A DNA stretch of 64,000 nt from Camelus dromedarius (Eukaryota). Below the pieces are notes generated by a model. That model was not told the origin of the DNA. It was given only the letters and a program-made list of their open reading frames with translations, and made no database searches. The position numbers were made by a program, and so were the translations under genes. The DNA is taken from NCBI RefSeq assembly GCF_036321535.1, contig NC_087437.1, forward strand, positions 102,922,001 to 102,986,000, read 5' to 3'. Shown here in pieces: positions 51,200 to 64,000 of this stretch (the stretch's first letter is position 1; the number at the start of each line of letters is the position of its first letter).

Positions 51200-53203
51200 A
51201 ATTCTTTAGACATTTTTCAGTTGCTTCCCATCTACCCAAAGATAATCCACTGAATTTTTTAAATATGTATTTCTCTTTGAAAGTCTGTTTTTTAAAATTT
51301 TTCAATATTGTTTATTCTATTTGTATTTTAATTCAATTAAAATTAGTATAGGTTTATTTTTTCTATTTACTTTGATTTAGAATAACCATGCAGAGTACAA
51401 AGAAAAAATATATATTTTCTTTCAGTTTGGCCAGAATGTATTTTACTGAGAAAAGAACTATATCAAAAATGCATTGAATGAGCACTTTGATGCCATGAAT
51501 AGGGAATGACCTTAGACAATAATGAATTAAAATGCTTTAGAAGTTGTAAGGAAACCTGCTGGTTCACTTAATAAAATCAAATGTTGAGCATCCACGCCTA
51601 GCAATGGAGGAAAAATTATTTTTACCACTCTGACTCTTGTCCTCAAGATTAACTTTCTTCTCAAGGTCTGTTAATAGTAATTACTAGTCTAAGGATATGG
51701 GAGCAGAAGAAGGCACTGTGTCTCCCAAGGCTCCTGCCCAATGTGGCTATAAACTTGCATGTGCTTCTCTGTATATTAATATACGATGTACCCAAATCAA
51801 CAGCACAGAGCTTGACACATAACAGATACTTGGAACATAATTTCTTAACGAATGCAAATGTCAGAAACCAGAATAGAGCATTAAAAAGTGTTTTGACTAT
51901 CATTTCAGGGATAAAACAAAAGGAATATAAACATAAATAAAAAATTAACATTCCTCCTTTAACCTTGAGCTTACTAACCTAATTCAGAAGATGGACTTAA
52001 CCAATTGTGGATGACTTTACTTCATGACCTCACTAGAGAACAAGATAATACTAAAATAAAATTATCTATGCAAGAAAGACACATACACTACTGCACAGAG
52101 ATTGTTTCCAGTATGATAGGATAAAGCATATGTCAGATAGTCTGTAAAAGCTTTATCATATAAGTTTTATTTTCCTGTGTTATAATTGTCCAAAATTTCC
52201 ATAAAATGATTATGTACATGAGCTAGTCATGTCCTATCATTTGTCTCCTGTTGGACAAAACATTTCAAGGTTAGAGCCTGGAAGCTCTAACTTTGAATAC
52301 TACATAGAATTTATGCAGTGACTTATACATTCTAATAAATGACCATTGAAAGAGAAACTGAAACTCCAGGATAGTTCAATTGTTAATAATCTTAACTGGT
52401 GTTCATATTAACTCAGTATATTTCTTTGCCACTACATCAAGACTACACCTAAAATTTGAGGGGTTTCTGATTTAAAAAGTCTCAATTTTTAATTCAGTTT
52501 TGTATTTTATCTTCAAGGAGACAGACCTAAAAGGGGAGGAAACAGAATTACATATCAAGGCAAAGCTGAGACTGGACTGACTTGACAGATCCACTATCCC
52601 TATGAAAACCTAGCTTGACTCCAAGTGACAGTGCCATAAAAAGATAAATAGAAAACACATTTTGAAAAAGGGTACTTTATTTTGGATAGCAATATATTGG
52701 AGTCAACACTTGTTTCATACCAGGAAACACTGCGTAATGGTTCTCAGAAGTGGTGTGACTCATGTAGTCAGTCAACCCTCTAGAGTGGATTCTGAGAATT
52801 CCAAATACGAGAACACCGTATCGTAAGAAAACTGACATCTTCATTGTCTTTCATTAGTAGTTTTTCTGGCTATTATTTTTTCCACTCCTAAGAGATAAAA
52901 AAGATAGAAAACAATAAGTGGCCTGATAAAATTGTCATGTATAATTTATAAAGCCTTAGAATTTTATAATTATTATGAATCGGAGATTCAGATGCATAGA
53001 AAATGCAGATTACATCTTTTAAAAAATGCATTTTATGTTTAATTTATAAAGCTATCTTCTATTTATCATGTTATGATTTAGATAAATTAGTGACAAGGCT
53101 CAAAATGTGATTGTTCTAAAAAAAATTCTAATTAATGTGGTCCTTTACTTCTTTAAACCTCAACCCTCTCAACATTTTGGTTCCATCTTCAAGTAATAAA
53201 TGT

Positions 53204-53242
<39 letters not shown>

Positions 53243-53790
53243 CTTATCTTACGCTCTCTTAACTTTAGAGTATAAATTCTTGGGTGCAGTGATAATGTGT
53301 CTATAGATATTTTTTCTCCACCTGTATCAGAGTGCCTAGCAATGAGTAAATGATTGAAGAATACATATTTATGATTTTAATGTGTATTTTCACCTCCTAA
53401 GCAGTTTTCTGGGATAACATAATGAAAATTGAATGTGATGAGAAAGACTTTACTGATACTTGCTTATACTGTAGTCACAGATAATTAACCTCATCTCTAT
53501 AGTAAAACAGTTTTCCCATTTTCATCCCATTTCTTTACCATACCTGTTTATTTTATGAGTTGATGTTAAAAGATATGAAAAGTAAGGCTGTGAATTCCTC
53601 CAGTTCCGAGGAACTTGTTTTGGGGCTGATTGAAATAGCTGATCAGTGCCTCAAGACATTATGTGGCTCTCATTTCCATTTAGCAAGGAATGCCTCTTGA
53701 TGAGACAGATGCCATCCTCTGTGATTAGTGGGAAAGGCTTGAATTATAAAACAAAAACAGCAAGTTTACAAACTAAGAATTCTAGCTTTC

Positions 53791-54320
53791 TTGTGTCTTT
53801 TTTTTTTTAGCTTCCACATATAAATGATACCATATGGTATTTTTCTTTCTCTTTCTGTCTTACTTCACTTAGTATGACAATCTCCAGGCCCATCCATGTT
53901 GCTGCAAATGGCTTTATTTTATTCTTTTTTATGGCTGAGTAGTATTCCATTGTATAAGTATACCACAACTTCTTTATGCAGCCATCTGTCAATGGACAGA
54001 GACAGACTCACAGACAGAAGAAACAAACTTATGGTGATCATGGGGGTAAAGGGGTGGGGAGGGATAAATTGGGAGTTTGGAATTTGTAGATACTAACTGC
54101 TGTATATAAAGTAGATAAACAACAAGGTCCTACTGTATAGCACAGGGAACTATATTCAATACTTTATAATGGCCTATAATGAAAAATAATATGAAAATAA
54201 ATAGATATGTATAAATGCTGTATACTATATGGTAGCACAACATTGTAAATTGACTATGCTTCAATTAGTAAAAAGAGAGAGAGAGAGAGAAAATCTAACC
54301 CTAGCAAAAAAAAAAAAAAA
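53791..54320 (+). mobile_element. Second 5'-inverted (twin-primed) LINE-1: inverted part 53791-53998, sense part 53996-54275 plus (GA)n/A tail
   Basis: Minus ORF 53807-53992 (IKKLWYTYTMEYYSAIKKN...FAATWMGLE..ILSEV.QKEK.KYHM) is the L1 ORF2 end/3'UTR. The strand switches at ACA (53996-53998) to sense ACAGACTCACAGAC...GGGAGGGATAAATTGGGAG. Confidence 0.88.
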
Positions 54321-54849
54321 ATCCTAACTTGAATAATCTAAATATGGCTCCATAACAACAAATGACCACAGACCTTTTTTGATAGAAAAAGAATAGTAAT
54401 GGTGTCTTTGTACAGTCAACTAATGGAAAGAAAAGCACTATCCGGAAGAAACAGAAAAGCCAAAAGATTCAGGCAGTTGAAATACCCACTAAATGTATAT
54501 CTGTGATCCTTAAACTGCATACACAATGCAGTTCATGCCCAGTTGTTTTTAATATGCATTTCTTTAATCTTCCCAACAATTTCAGTGTAGGTAAAGTTGT
54601 GGTTCTCAACACTGGCAGCATATTCTAATCTGTTGAGGAGATACATTGCCCTCAGTTCATTGGTCTCATTGGTTTCATTGGTTGAGGACAGCAGCTCTCC
54701 ATCAGTTTCAGAGAGACAACTTTCTAAAAATGCGTATTTCCCCACCTTTTTTATCAGAGTATATTAGATCTAATTGTTTGCTTCTCTGATTGTCATTATG
54801 AATAGCAGTTGTTTGCCTCCAATTACAGAGGCTATTAAATTGTGTAAAT

Positions 54850-55145
54850 TTAAACATGGGGTCCAAGAATACCAATGATTTTATGGATTGAACTGGAAAT
54901 AAAATTGGTATTTAGGGACACTTATTCTATTTTATATTTTATATATATTTATCTATTTTGTGTTTGTTTATATATAATATATAAATACATACTTTAATGT
55001 AATACATATTATTATATTACATATTATATATTTATTTCATATTTTATTGAAAATACAATTTTGAGGCATAGTTATCAGACTCTCAAGTGAGTCACTGACA
55101 CATAAAATTTTAAAATTAAAAAAATAAAAAGATTAAGAACTTCTG
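54850..55145 (+). mobile_element. Degraded hAT-Charlie element (MER103/MER113-like) with internal AT-rich expansion
   Basis: Ends CAGACTCTCAAGTGAGTCACTGACACATAAAA...GATTAAGAACTTCTG, similar to the GGTTAAGAACCCCTG terminus. Confidence 0.45.
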
Positions 55146-57299
55146 TGAAAAGGTAATTTGACTCTTAAATTAATTGGTTCCTTATAGATATGGTCTTTGT
55201 TTTTTGGTTTTGTATTGTTCGTATTTTCTTGTCTCTTTCTCTTTAATAACTAGCTCTAGATCTTCCTATTTGTTTCTTTATTTGTTTTTACATATGTCAC
55301 CTAGGAAATCTGGAAAACTAGCTTCTCTACTCTATAATAATTTTCTGAAAGCTAGTAAGAGTCAACTGCACAAATTTTTCACACGTGGATTTAATGACAT
55401 GTATGTTGCCAGTCTCACATTCCTTCAGGATTTCATTCTGTTTCTATATAGTACTGATCTCAGATTAAGTTTCGAATTGTGTATAAATCCCCCAGTAATA
55501 TGATTTCCTATAGTGCACAAATTCTGTATTATTCATTCCCAAGTCCCCAGGTGGAGAGCATTTCCTAACACATATTAGACGCTCAATTGATATTTGATGA
55601 ATGAAGGACTGAAAAAACTTGTAATGATGCTATTTTGCTGTGGAAAAGCTGGACTAGGCAACAGTGTGAAAGTTTTCACAGGTGACTATCCTTGACATAA
55701 TTCTTAGTATTTAAAATAAATAGAATTTAAAGGTCTTCTTGATTACTTTGGAAAATACATTGGTGTTGAGAAATCTATTATTGTTTTATCATTGTGATTT
55801 AGAATTTGGTCAACTTATAAATGTAGAAGCTTATCTAGAAATTAAGTTCACTGAGCATTTATTTTATATGAGTTCTTCCTTCAGACCATGTGAATTTAAA
55901 ATCAGTTTCCTCATATGTATTAAATTTGTTTGTGTTTCTTCTTATTAATCAACAAAAGATTTTGATAATGTCATGAAATACTGTTCACACTTTAACGCTG
56001 CAATTCATCCATTCATTCATTCAGTGTCTACCGAGTATTAACAAGTAGCTCCTGATATGCCTGAGTGCATTGACTTCTGGTTACTACGTATGCTCCATCT
56101 TCAGTTTTGAAATCTGTGTCCTTACTGGGTCAGAACTCTCATCTAAAAGTGATTCTACTGTGGTCTTCCTCGGTTCTTACAATTGTAGCTTTCAGCTCTG
56201 ACCTTGACATTCACTACTACTCACATCTAAGCATGACAGTTATTTATAGAGAGCCATGCCAACATAATGAAAATATAAAGTGGATATTTATGGTACCCAA
56301 GATAGTTGCTGCTGAAATTATTTTTATGGTCATATTTTATCTGTGAGATTTCCAATAGCTTTGTTATATTTGATCATAAACACATACTCCATACCTCTGT
56401 GCTACCTAAGTTATACAAATCAATTAAGACAAAGAAATTTCTTTGGAAGCTTGTTTTGTTCATTTTTTTTCCCTAAAATAACATTTTCAGACCTAGGATA
56501 ATTTTAAAGGCTGGACAGAAGGCCAGTCTGGCAAACAGATATGGATTCTAGCCAATACTCTGACAAAAGTCAGCTAACCTTGTCACTAAAATTAAAATGG
56601 ATTCCTTAGGCTCTGTTGTGAATATTTGCATAGACTGAAATGAAACTGTCCACTTTTCTTGAAATAACCTTTATCAGACTGTTGATACTCCTGTTCTCTA
56701 ACATATAGGGAAAGGTTTTAGAAAAATTGGTTTGTTGCCAGTTTATTCATATCATTGCATACAGCCATCTGGCAAATATTTTTCTTAATTGCTTTTCGGG
56801 ATGTCATGCACAGCAAGGCTCTGCTATAGCTCTCTTGACTACAATTTCTACATTAATATGGAACTTATCCTCTGATAATAGTTATCTCTGTATTTCATTT
56901 ATCTCCTTTGTTTAATTCTGACTTTCCTTTTTATAGGCACGTATATGATCTTTTGTAAGACATGAGATATTTGATGGAAGTTTCTACAAAAATTTTATTT
57001 TATATATATATATATATATATATGCACACACATCCATGTGTGTATATGTGTATATATGGTGTATGCACACATACACATGAACTAAAAACTCTGATGGGAA
57101 AACATCAATGTCTTGTTCACATAAACTACCATTAATGATGCGAATCTTATAATATTTCACCTGCTTATGAAACCTAAATACATTTTAATATTAAAACTGA
57201 GCAGTGGTTTATTTTCTGTATATCTCTTCCAACTTTCAAATCATAATTTTCTCATAAAACTGTGCTCAGGAATTTACAGCTGGGTGTTATAAATACTCA

Positions 57300-57465
57300 G
57301 CATGTCAGAATTAACTGTGAATCTTAATATTTTAATTTATACTAGTGCTGGACTCCACTGCTGTCAGAATGAGTCAGAATATGCTGGAATATGGTCTAGA
57401 TCTGTAATTTCCTTTAAATTTCTCCAGGCCTTCTGATACGCATTAACTTCCTTGAGACCTATTGC
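57300..57465. mobile_element. MER5B-like hAT-Charlie fragment
   Basis: CATGTCAGAATTAACTG...GAGTCAGAAT...TCTCCAGGCCTTCTGATACGCA...TTGAGACCTATTG. Confidence 0.55.
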
Positions 57466-60400
57466 TTTTATGTAAATTATATTTTGTTTAAACCTTGTTT
57501 CAAGTCTAGAGAATTTTGACTAAATAATGATGTTATAAATCCTACACTTTCTTTCATTTAAAATAGAAGACAAGGTAGTGCAGTCAACACTGTAGAGCAC
57601 CTGTATTTATGTATTTGACTACTCAAAAGTATTCCCAGGATTCTTAGTCTTTAAAGAAACTTTAAAGTTTTATGAAACTTTAAGAGTACTCTTAGCAACT
57701 TAGCCAATTTCATGTCACTGAAAACACTATGCTTCCTTAGATATAGTAGGTAATTAACAATTGTTGGTTGAATGAATGAAGGATGTTTAGAAGAGAGGAT
57801 GTAGGATGGTTATCTTGCATTTTATAATATTTTAAATGGTAACACATAAAATTCCATATTGTAGTTATACATTCTATGTATATGTTAATAAACCTCATTT
57901 TACATCTTGATAGGATAAATTTTCATAATATAAAGTTGAATATTAGGTCTTGGAAACTTTCTGGAAATTTGTATTATTACTAAACCTCCATTCAACAACT
58001 ATTTAAATTACTATTATATATGGAACAATATAAAAGGCAGCCTACTTTATAGTTGATTCACCTAATTATTCTATGATAATTACACTCCACAACGCTGCTG
58101 TAACCTTACAGATAGACCCTTAAGCACAGTAAAATACCACACGAGCCTACAAAGTTTGAACATTTAATGGCATCAAAAATGCTGTCATCAGTAAATTCTT
58201 ATGACACAGAAATGTTTTTAAGAATTTATTTCTAAACTACTAATTTTTTAAATGACTTCATGTTGTGTTTTGTTATATTCTTCTGCAACATAAATGTCAT
58301 GCTTAATAATTTTTTTTGCTTTCTTCACAATTTGGAATTCGAGTTATTTAAAATTTATGTCTTAGTTTTTCAGTACATGAATTGGAGATGATGTAATTAT
58401 TTTTGAAATAATTATTAAATACAAGGATAAAAGTACTGATTCATTCAGTAGGAACCTAGTGGAATAATACATAGAATACTGCTTGGTTTGACATTTATGG
58501 GTAACTCAGATTTATTATAGATATTAAATAATGTCTCATTAAAACGATGACGGAATAATTTGCATCTGGATGAAGAGAATATACAAGGTGTTTATCTCTA
58601 TCTAAATCCAAATCGTATTAATGGACATCTCTCAGAATTTTAACATTGTCTTTATAAAATTGAAAACAATTATAGACACTGTGATTATTACTGATTATTA
58701 AAATAAGAGCCTTTATACCAAATAAAGTTCAGATAATGTTATGATGCATTTAATGAAGCAAACTTGATTTTACCAATTTGAAAAGCAAAGATTCTGGAAC
58801 AATTAAGTCTTCTTATGATTCAAAGGAACTTGGACCACCATAGTAAGTACCCTGAGATCACTGTGAACAGTGATTTAACTGCATATCAAATTAGTACTGG
58901 TATTTGAATTTTATCATGTTTTGGTTTTCCTTGTATTTAATTTATAAACTCTAGATTTGATATTTGTGTGTTTTCAAGCATTATAACTTACTAACAGGAG
59001 ACCTTGGAAGTATCTTCCTGTACAGTCATACTATATTATACTGTACTAAACTCACGGTACAGACCCTACTGTCATGAGGGTGAAGCAATTAATTTTGCTC
59101 AGAGGAGTGCTGGTAAGCTTGGCCAGGATGCTGCCATTTTAGCTTCACCTTAGTGCATGCGTCCAGGTATGTTAGGCAAAGACAGGCAAGAGAAAGGGTA
59201 AAGACATTAAGACATCTAAAAACGTAACAACAAAAAAATTACTGTGTGAGGGACTGATAGAAATATAGATCATTGTTAAGAACCTTTTGTACTACTTAAG
59301 AGGATTTGGATTTTATTATGCAGTCAACGTGAATCCAAAACCAAAAAGCATGGGACTAGAAACTGAACTTTTGTAATTCAATTGTGTGCATACTGACTTC
59401 TTGTAAATGAAATCATGTTTTATAGAGCATCAGAACCCTATTGGATAAGAACCCCTTGGAAGTGTAATGTAAATGTTTTTATAATAAAAATAAATTGCCC
59501 TATAACTTTTTTTAAAAAATAAGGTAAAATTGGAGCAACAGAAAAAACAGGTACATCGATCATATATTTATATTTGTTTGCATGCATACATCACATAGAA
59601 TATTGTTCTATGTGAATAATACTACTCGCAAGTGAATCAGGATATTGTTATGTTAATACATAAATTGTTCTATTTATTGGAGAATGTTTTAGTAAAGTTG
59701 AGCTTTAATTTAGATTAGGAAGGAATGGGTGAGTTTGGGCAATCAAGAAGCAGAGTGTTATCCATTCCCGATGTTTGTCTGTGTCTTTGCCCAGTTTTCC
59801 TGACTAGGCACTAGGGCAATGGTTAAGAGATGGAGCTGCAATGCTGATGAAAATTAAAGCTATTCTATTGAGTCTGTCACGCCAAACAGGGTAATCAAGG
59901 CTGGGACTCCAGCAAAAGGGAGCAAAACCAGAACCCAGTTTTGAACTAGATTGTCAGGTGGCACTTGCCCATAGGGAACTCAATGGGAACCTGCTTATTA
60001 GGAGCAGGATACAAGATCATTATGAATCCACAAATAACTCTATCCTGCAATGTACACCTTAGCTGTCCATTATGTAGGCTTACTCAGGTACTGATTCCAA
60101 ATGCCTGTTCCAAAGTCAAAGATAGTGTGAAAATTTGCCAGCTGGTCGGAGATTGAGAGTTTGTAAGGGCAGAGAGCTAAGCCTATCAGTACAGGAGGAC
60201 CCTCCCCAAATATTTAGAGATAAATAACTCATGTACATAGAAATTTATTGACTGAAAAATTATTCCAGTTAAAGGAAAACTGAATGTCATCAAGGAGATA
60301 CACAAGCTTTAGTCTCTTCTTTTTCATATCTTTTGTCAAGAATAATTAAACCAAAAACTATAATATATCAGGTTAGTTGTACTATTCAATGTGTTCCTTA

Positions 60401-63400
60401 AGAAAGGTATGACTGACATTTTTCCAAGTAAAACAAGTAAAACTATGCCTCTGAATTATGAAATAACTCCGTTTAATACGTTGTTAATTTTTCATGACTG
60501 TAAACTTGAGTTACCAATTTAACGGAAATGCTCTGTTAGATCATAAGCTTTTGGAAGTTAATTACAGTTAGCTGGTAGAAAGAATTTCCCAAGGTATATT
60601 GAAAATATAAAAAGCCATAAATATTTCCAAGGTATAAAAGTATAAATTGGAATAAAAAAATGAAGTGTGGAATTTGTTGGGGGTAGTAGTATGTGACCTT
60701 GAGTCAACTGATAGGGAATAAAATAGTATATACTGAAGAAACGTTTTAATTATCACTTCAAATCATTTCAATGTCTTTAGACTAATAAAATGCAATCTGT
60801 ACTAGGCAGCAGGGGAGGATGGAATTGACGTCTCTGTTGTAATATTAATACCAATTAAAATACTTTGCAATATTAAGAGCCCAGTTAGGCAGACATCTAC
60901 TAAATATCATTTTTTATTCCTGGTCCAAGGTTGAATTAGGATGACCTTGGGTAAAATACTTAGCATCTTTTTTTTTTAGCTTCTTTTTGACAAAATGCAT
61001 GTAAGTTCCAGCTTTTTTTTAATAAATCTTATTTTGATTATAGAATAATATGAATGCTTGAAAAGTGGCACTACCTGCATGGAGATTATTTTAGAAAAGG
61101 CCTTAAGGAAAAAAAAAATTAAAATTCTTCGATAGTCTCGCCTTGTACCTGCTTAGCTTATGGGCAAAGATAATCATAGAACAATAAATGGCTATTCATG
61201 TTTTTAAAATTCCCAGCACAGGTTTTGTCTTTGCCTCATTTCATATCAGGCCCAGTAAGTTTTTATTTTCAACTGAAAATATCTACTTAAATTTATAAGC
61301 ATGTTTCTTTCACTGTGGTTTATGTTTAGTAAGGTAAATCAAGGTGAGATTGAACTATATGATTTTTACCCTTAATAAGCTGAGATTGAACTGTTTATTT
61401 TTAAAGCTGGTTTGGAACATTGATGCCTTATCTATGTTGTGGTTTAATATAAAAATAACCCTAACTCTGTGAAATCTATTGATGTGGTACTTCCACGTGA
61501 TTGCTTTATTGACACCTTGAAATTTCTACTCTGAATATCCTACTAAGAGATACATTTGAGAGCATGAAATGATAATGGGCATGGATTAGGATTGATTCCC
61601 ATAATGGGTTTAGCTTGCATTATAAAGCCTGATGACATAGCAGGTGGTGGGGGAACTGGTCTTTGTCACATGAAGCGGGCTGGGAGAAGAACGGAGAGAC
61701 TTGCAGCCAGTCATGGAAGTGGATGCATCTACAGATGTATGAGGTTACTGCAGAGATTGTCTGTCTTAATTCCCCTGTGATGTAGCCTGTTATCATAAAA
61801 GTTCTGACTCTCTCCTCTGTGTTGAAAAATTAAATCAGCATGTGTGTCCCACATAGGAGATGAGCTGGCAGGGTCTCTTCACTGGAAGATGGAAGGGAAA
61901 GGGCAGAGGCAGACACTAGAGGCCTACTATGCTGCAAAACAGTGCTTGCCACACTTTTGCTCCACTCCTCCAAAAAAAAAAAAAAAAATCAGCACTGTAT
62001 TATAGCAAAGTGGTGGGAATAGAAGATGCTGAGAAACCTGGGCAGAGCATAGACTCTGGGGAATTTCCCAGTGTTGCTTGAGGAGTCAGCTGAAGTTGGA
62101 AGTGCTGGCTGATTTTCACTTCTAAATTCAAGAGCTCATGTCACTTTCATATATTTAGATATAGACATAGAAAATCAACAGTTGCTCCTTCTGTCATAAA
62201 ATAGTAGAGATGTTGTGATAGATCAAACTTGAACATGCAATTCATTGCTTTCTCTTATATCCAATCAAGTAGATGTTGTCTTGAGAAATATTATTAGGAA
62301 AACAGGCCAACTTGATAAGATGTTATCAGTTGCCAAACATTGCCATTTTTGTACTTACTATCCTTAAACTAGGTCATAAATTAGAAACATAAAATTTTTA
62401 AATGTGACATTTATTTACAAATTGTAATAATCCTAAACTGTTACATCATTTGATGGTCGTACCTTAAAGCTTTCATCACCTAAGCTCAAAAACTGAGGAT
62501 TAATTTTTTTAACACTTTTTCAAATAGTGAGACACTTAAGAATACCAGGCCATGACTGATTTACTGTAAAAATCCTTCATGAAATATGACATCTTAAAAA
62601 TTCAAGGAGAATAAGAGAACAAGAGAAAGAAGACTGCCTTCTCTTTCCAGAGTTATGTCAAAAGTACCATGAATGGGGGGTTTTGATTTGTGGGGGCAAG
62701 TTTGCCTGTATTAATCAACAAGCAGGATCTCTTTGTTGGCTGGAAACAGAGTGAAGCATTTTGTCTTGAAAAAGGGTACCCAGAGAGAGAGTACAGGACA
62801 GGTCAGCTGGACAGCTGCCCAGGGCTGTCATCTATAGGGACTGTCAGAATGTCTTTGAAAGGCAATGAGGTGGAGAAGATCTTATTTACCAGAATCGTCC
62901 TAGAGGGAGAATGTTTTATAGTTGAACGGGATCCTTTGATAAGTCACTAGTGGTGGTGAGATAAGTGAGAGTAGAGGGAGAGTGAGGAGGGTGGGGAAAG
63001 GGGAGAAAACAGCACACTGTACACTAAGGGGCCTTCTCCATAGGAGAGGTACAAGGCTTCTTTATTACTCTCCCCAAACACACACACACACATGCACACG
63101 CACACGCACACACACACAGTGGGTTAGGAATATCAGAAATTGCTACCAGAAGCTCTTTGCAATCATTCCTTTGTAAATCACTAAATAAATTTTAATAACC
63201 TGAAACTTTACACTAAGTAAACTTAAAAATTAAATACTGTTTTTAAATGATACCTTTTGGGGGGTTAATCTCCAAGGTCAGCATCATCTTTTCCCCAAAT
63301 ACAGATTTAGCAGCTGATGGGCAATTTCATCCAAAATGCATGAAAACGTCTTGCTTAACAATAGCACATCAGATTTCTTGAAAAGCATTTTTACTATTAG

Positions 63401-64000
63401 AACTTATTTACTGTTAAATGCAGCAGGAATTGTGATGAATCATTTAAGAACAAGCTTCATTTAATCCATACGGTAACCGAAGGTGACTCACATATGCTAA
63501 GAGTCAGGATTTGAGTCCAATTCAGATTTGTCTGCCTCTAGAGTCCTTGGCATGTACAGTGTGTGTCAGGAAATAGATTTCATTTAGGTACCATAACCCT
63601 ATTACATTCTTTACCACCTAGCGTATTAGGAAGGATTATTTGTTTTGTTTTGTTTCGAGCAGCAGAAACTAACTAGGTAAAAAGGGGAAATATACTGAAA
63701 TATCTCCTAGATACATTGTCCATGTTTCAGAAAGGGCAGTGACACATTTACAGAAAGAGGATCTGGGTCCAAGACTGAAATGCTGTGAATGTCCTCTCTG
63801 CTGCAGTCACTGCTCCTTGCCCTATGTTCTTTTCAGTGTATTCTCTCTCTGAAAATGGACTTCCTTGGCTGCATGGTCCACATGGTAGAGATACAACCTG
63901 AACGATGCTTGTCTAGCTAGATTATAAGACCCTGAGGATAGGGCCTGTTAAGGCCTCTTCACCTCTTAGTCTTTATTCCTTACACCAGATACTGGTGAAG

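Overview
AT-rich, CpG-poor mammalian nuclear DNA (intronic or intergenic). I recognise no protein-coding gene, RNA gene, CpG island or CRISPR array. The ORF track consists of LINE-1 ORF2 remnants, microsatellite read-through and short chance ORFs. Two tRNA-Ala-derived SINEs with target-site duplications (vic-1 type) and the style of the young L1 3' ends suggest a camelid (inference). The window is a layered record of mobile elements: L1 (old L1M, L1MC, L1ME and younger copies, two of them 5'-inverted), L2, MIR, ERV1 solo LTRs, an internally deleted ERVL-type provirus, MaLR, hAT MITEs and microsatellites. The most notable observations are a ~290-bp fold-back element built from internal subrepeats (46.1-46.4 kb), an L1 copy carrying a patch copied from unique DNA 1.4 kb away plus two other inserts, a near-consensus palindromic CTCF site, a possible env remnant in the ERVL-type provirus, and a degenerate hammerhead-like arrangement. 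I found no convincing new gene system. Repeat subfamily names come from remembered consensus sequences and need Dfam/RepeatMasker confirmation; many boundaries are approximate.
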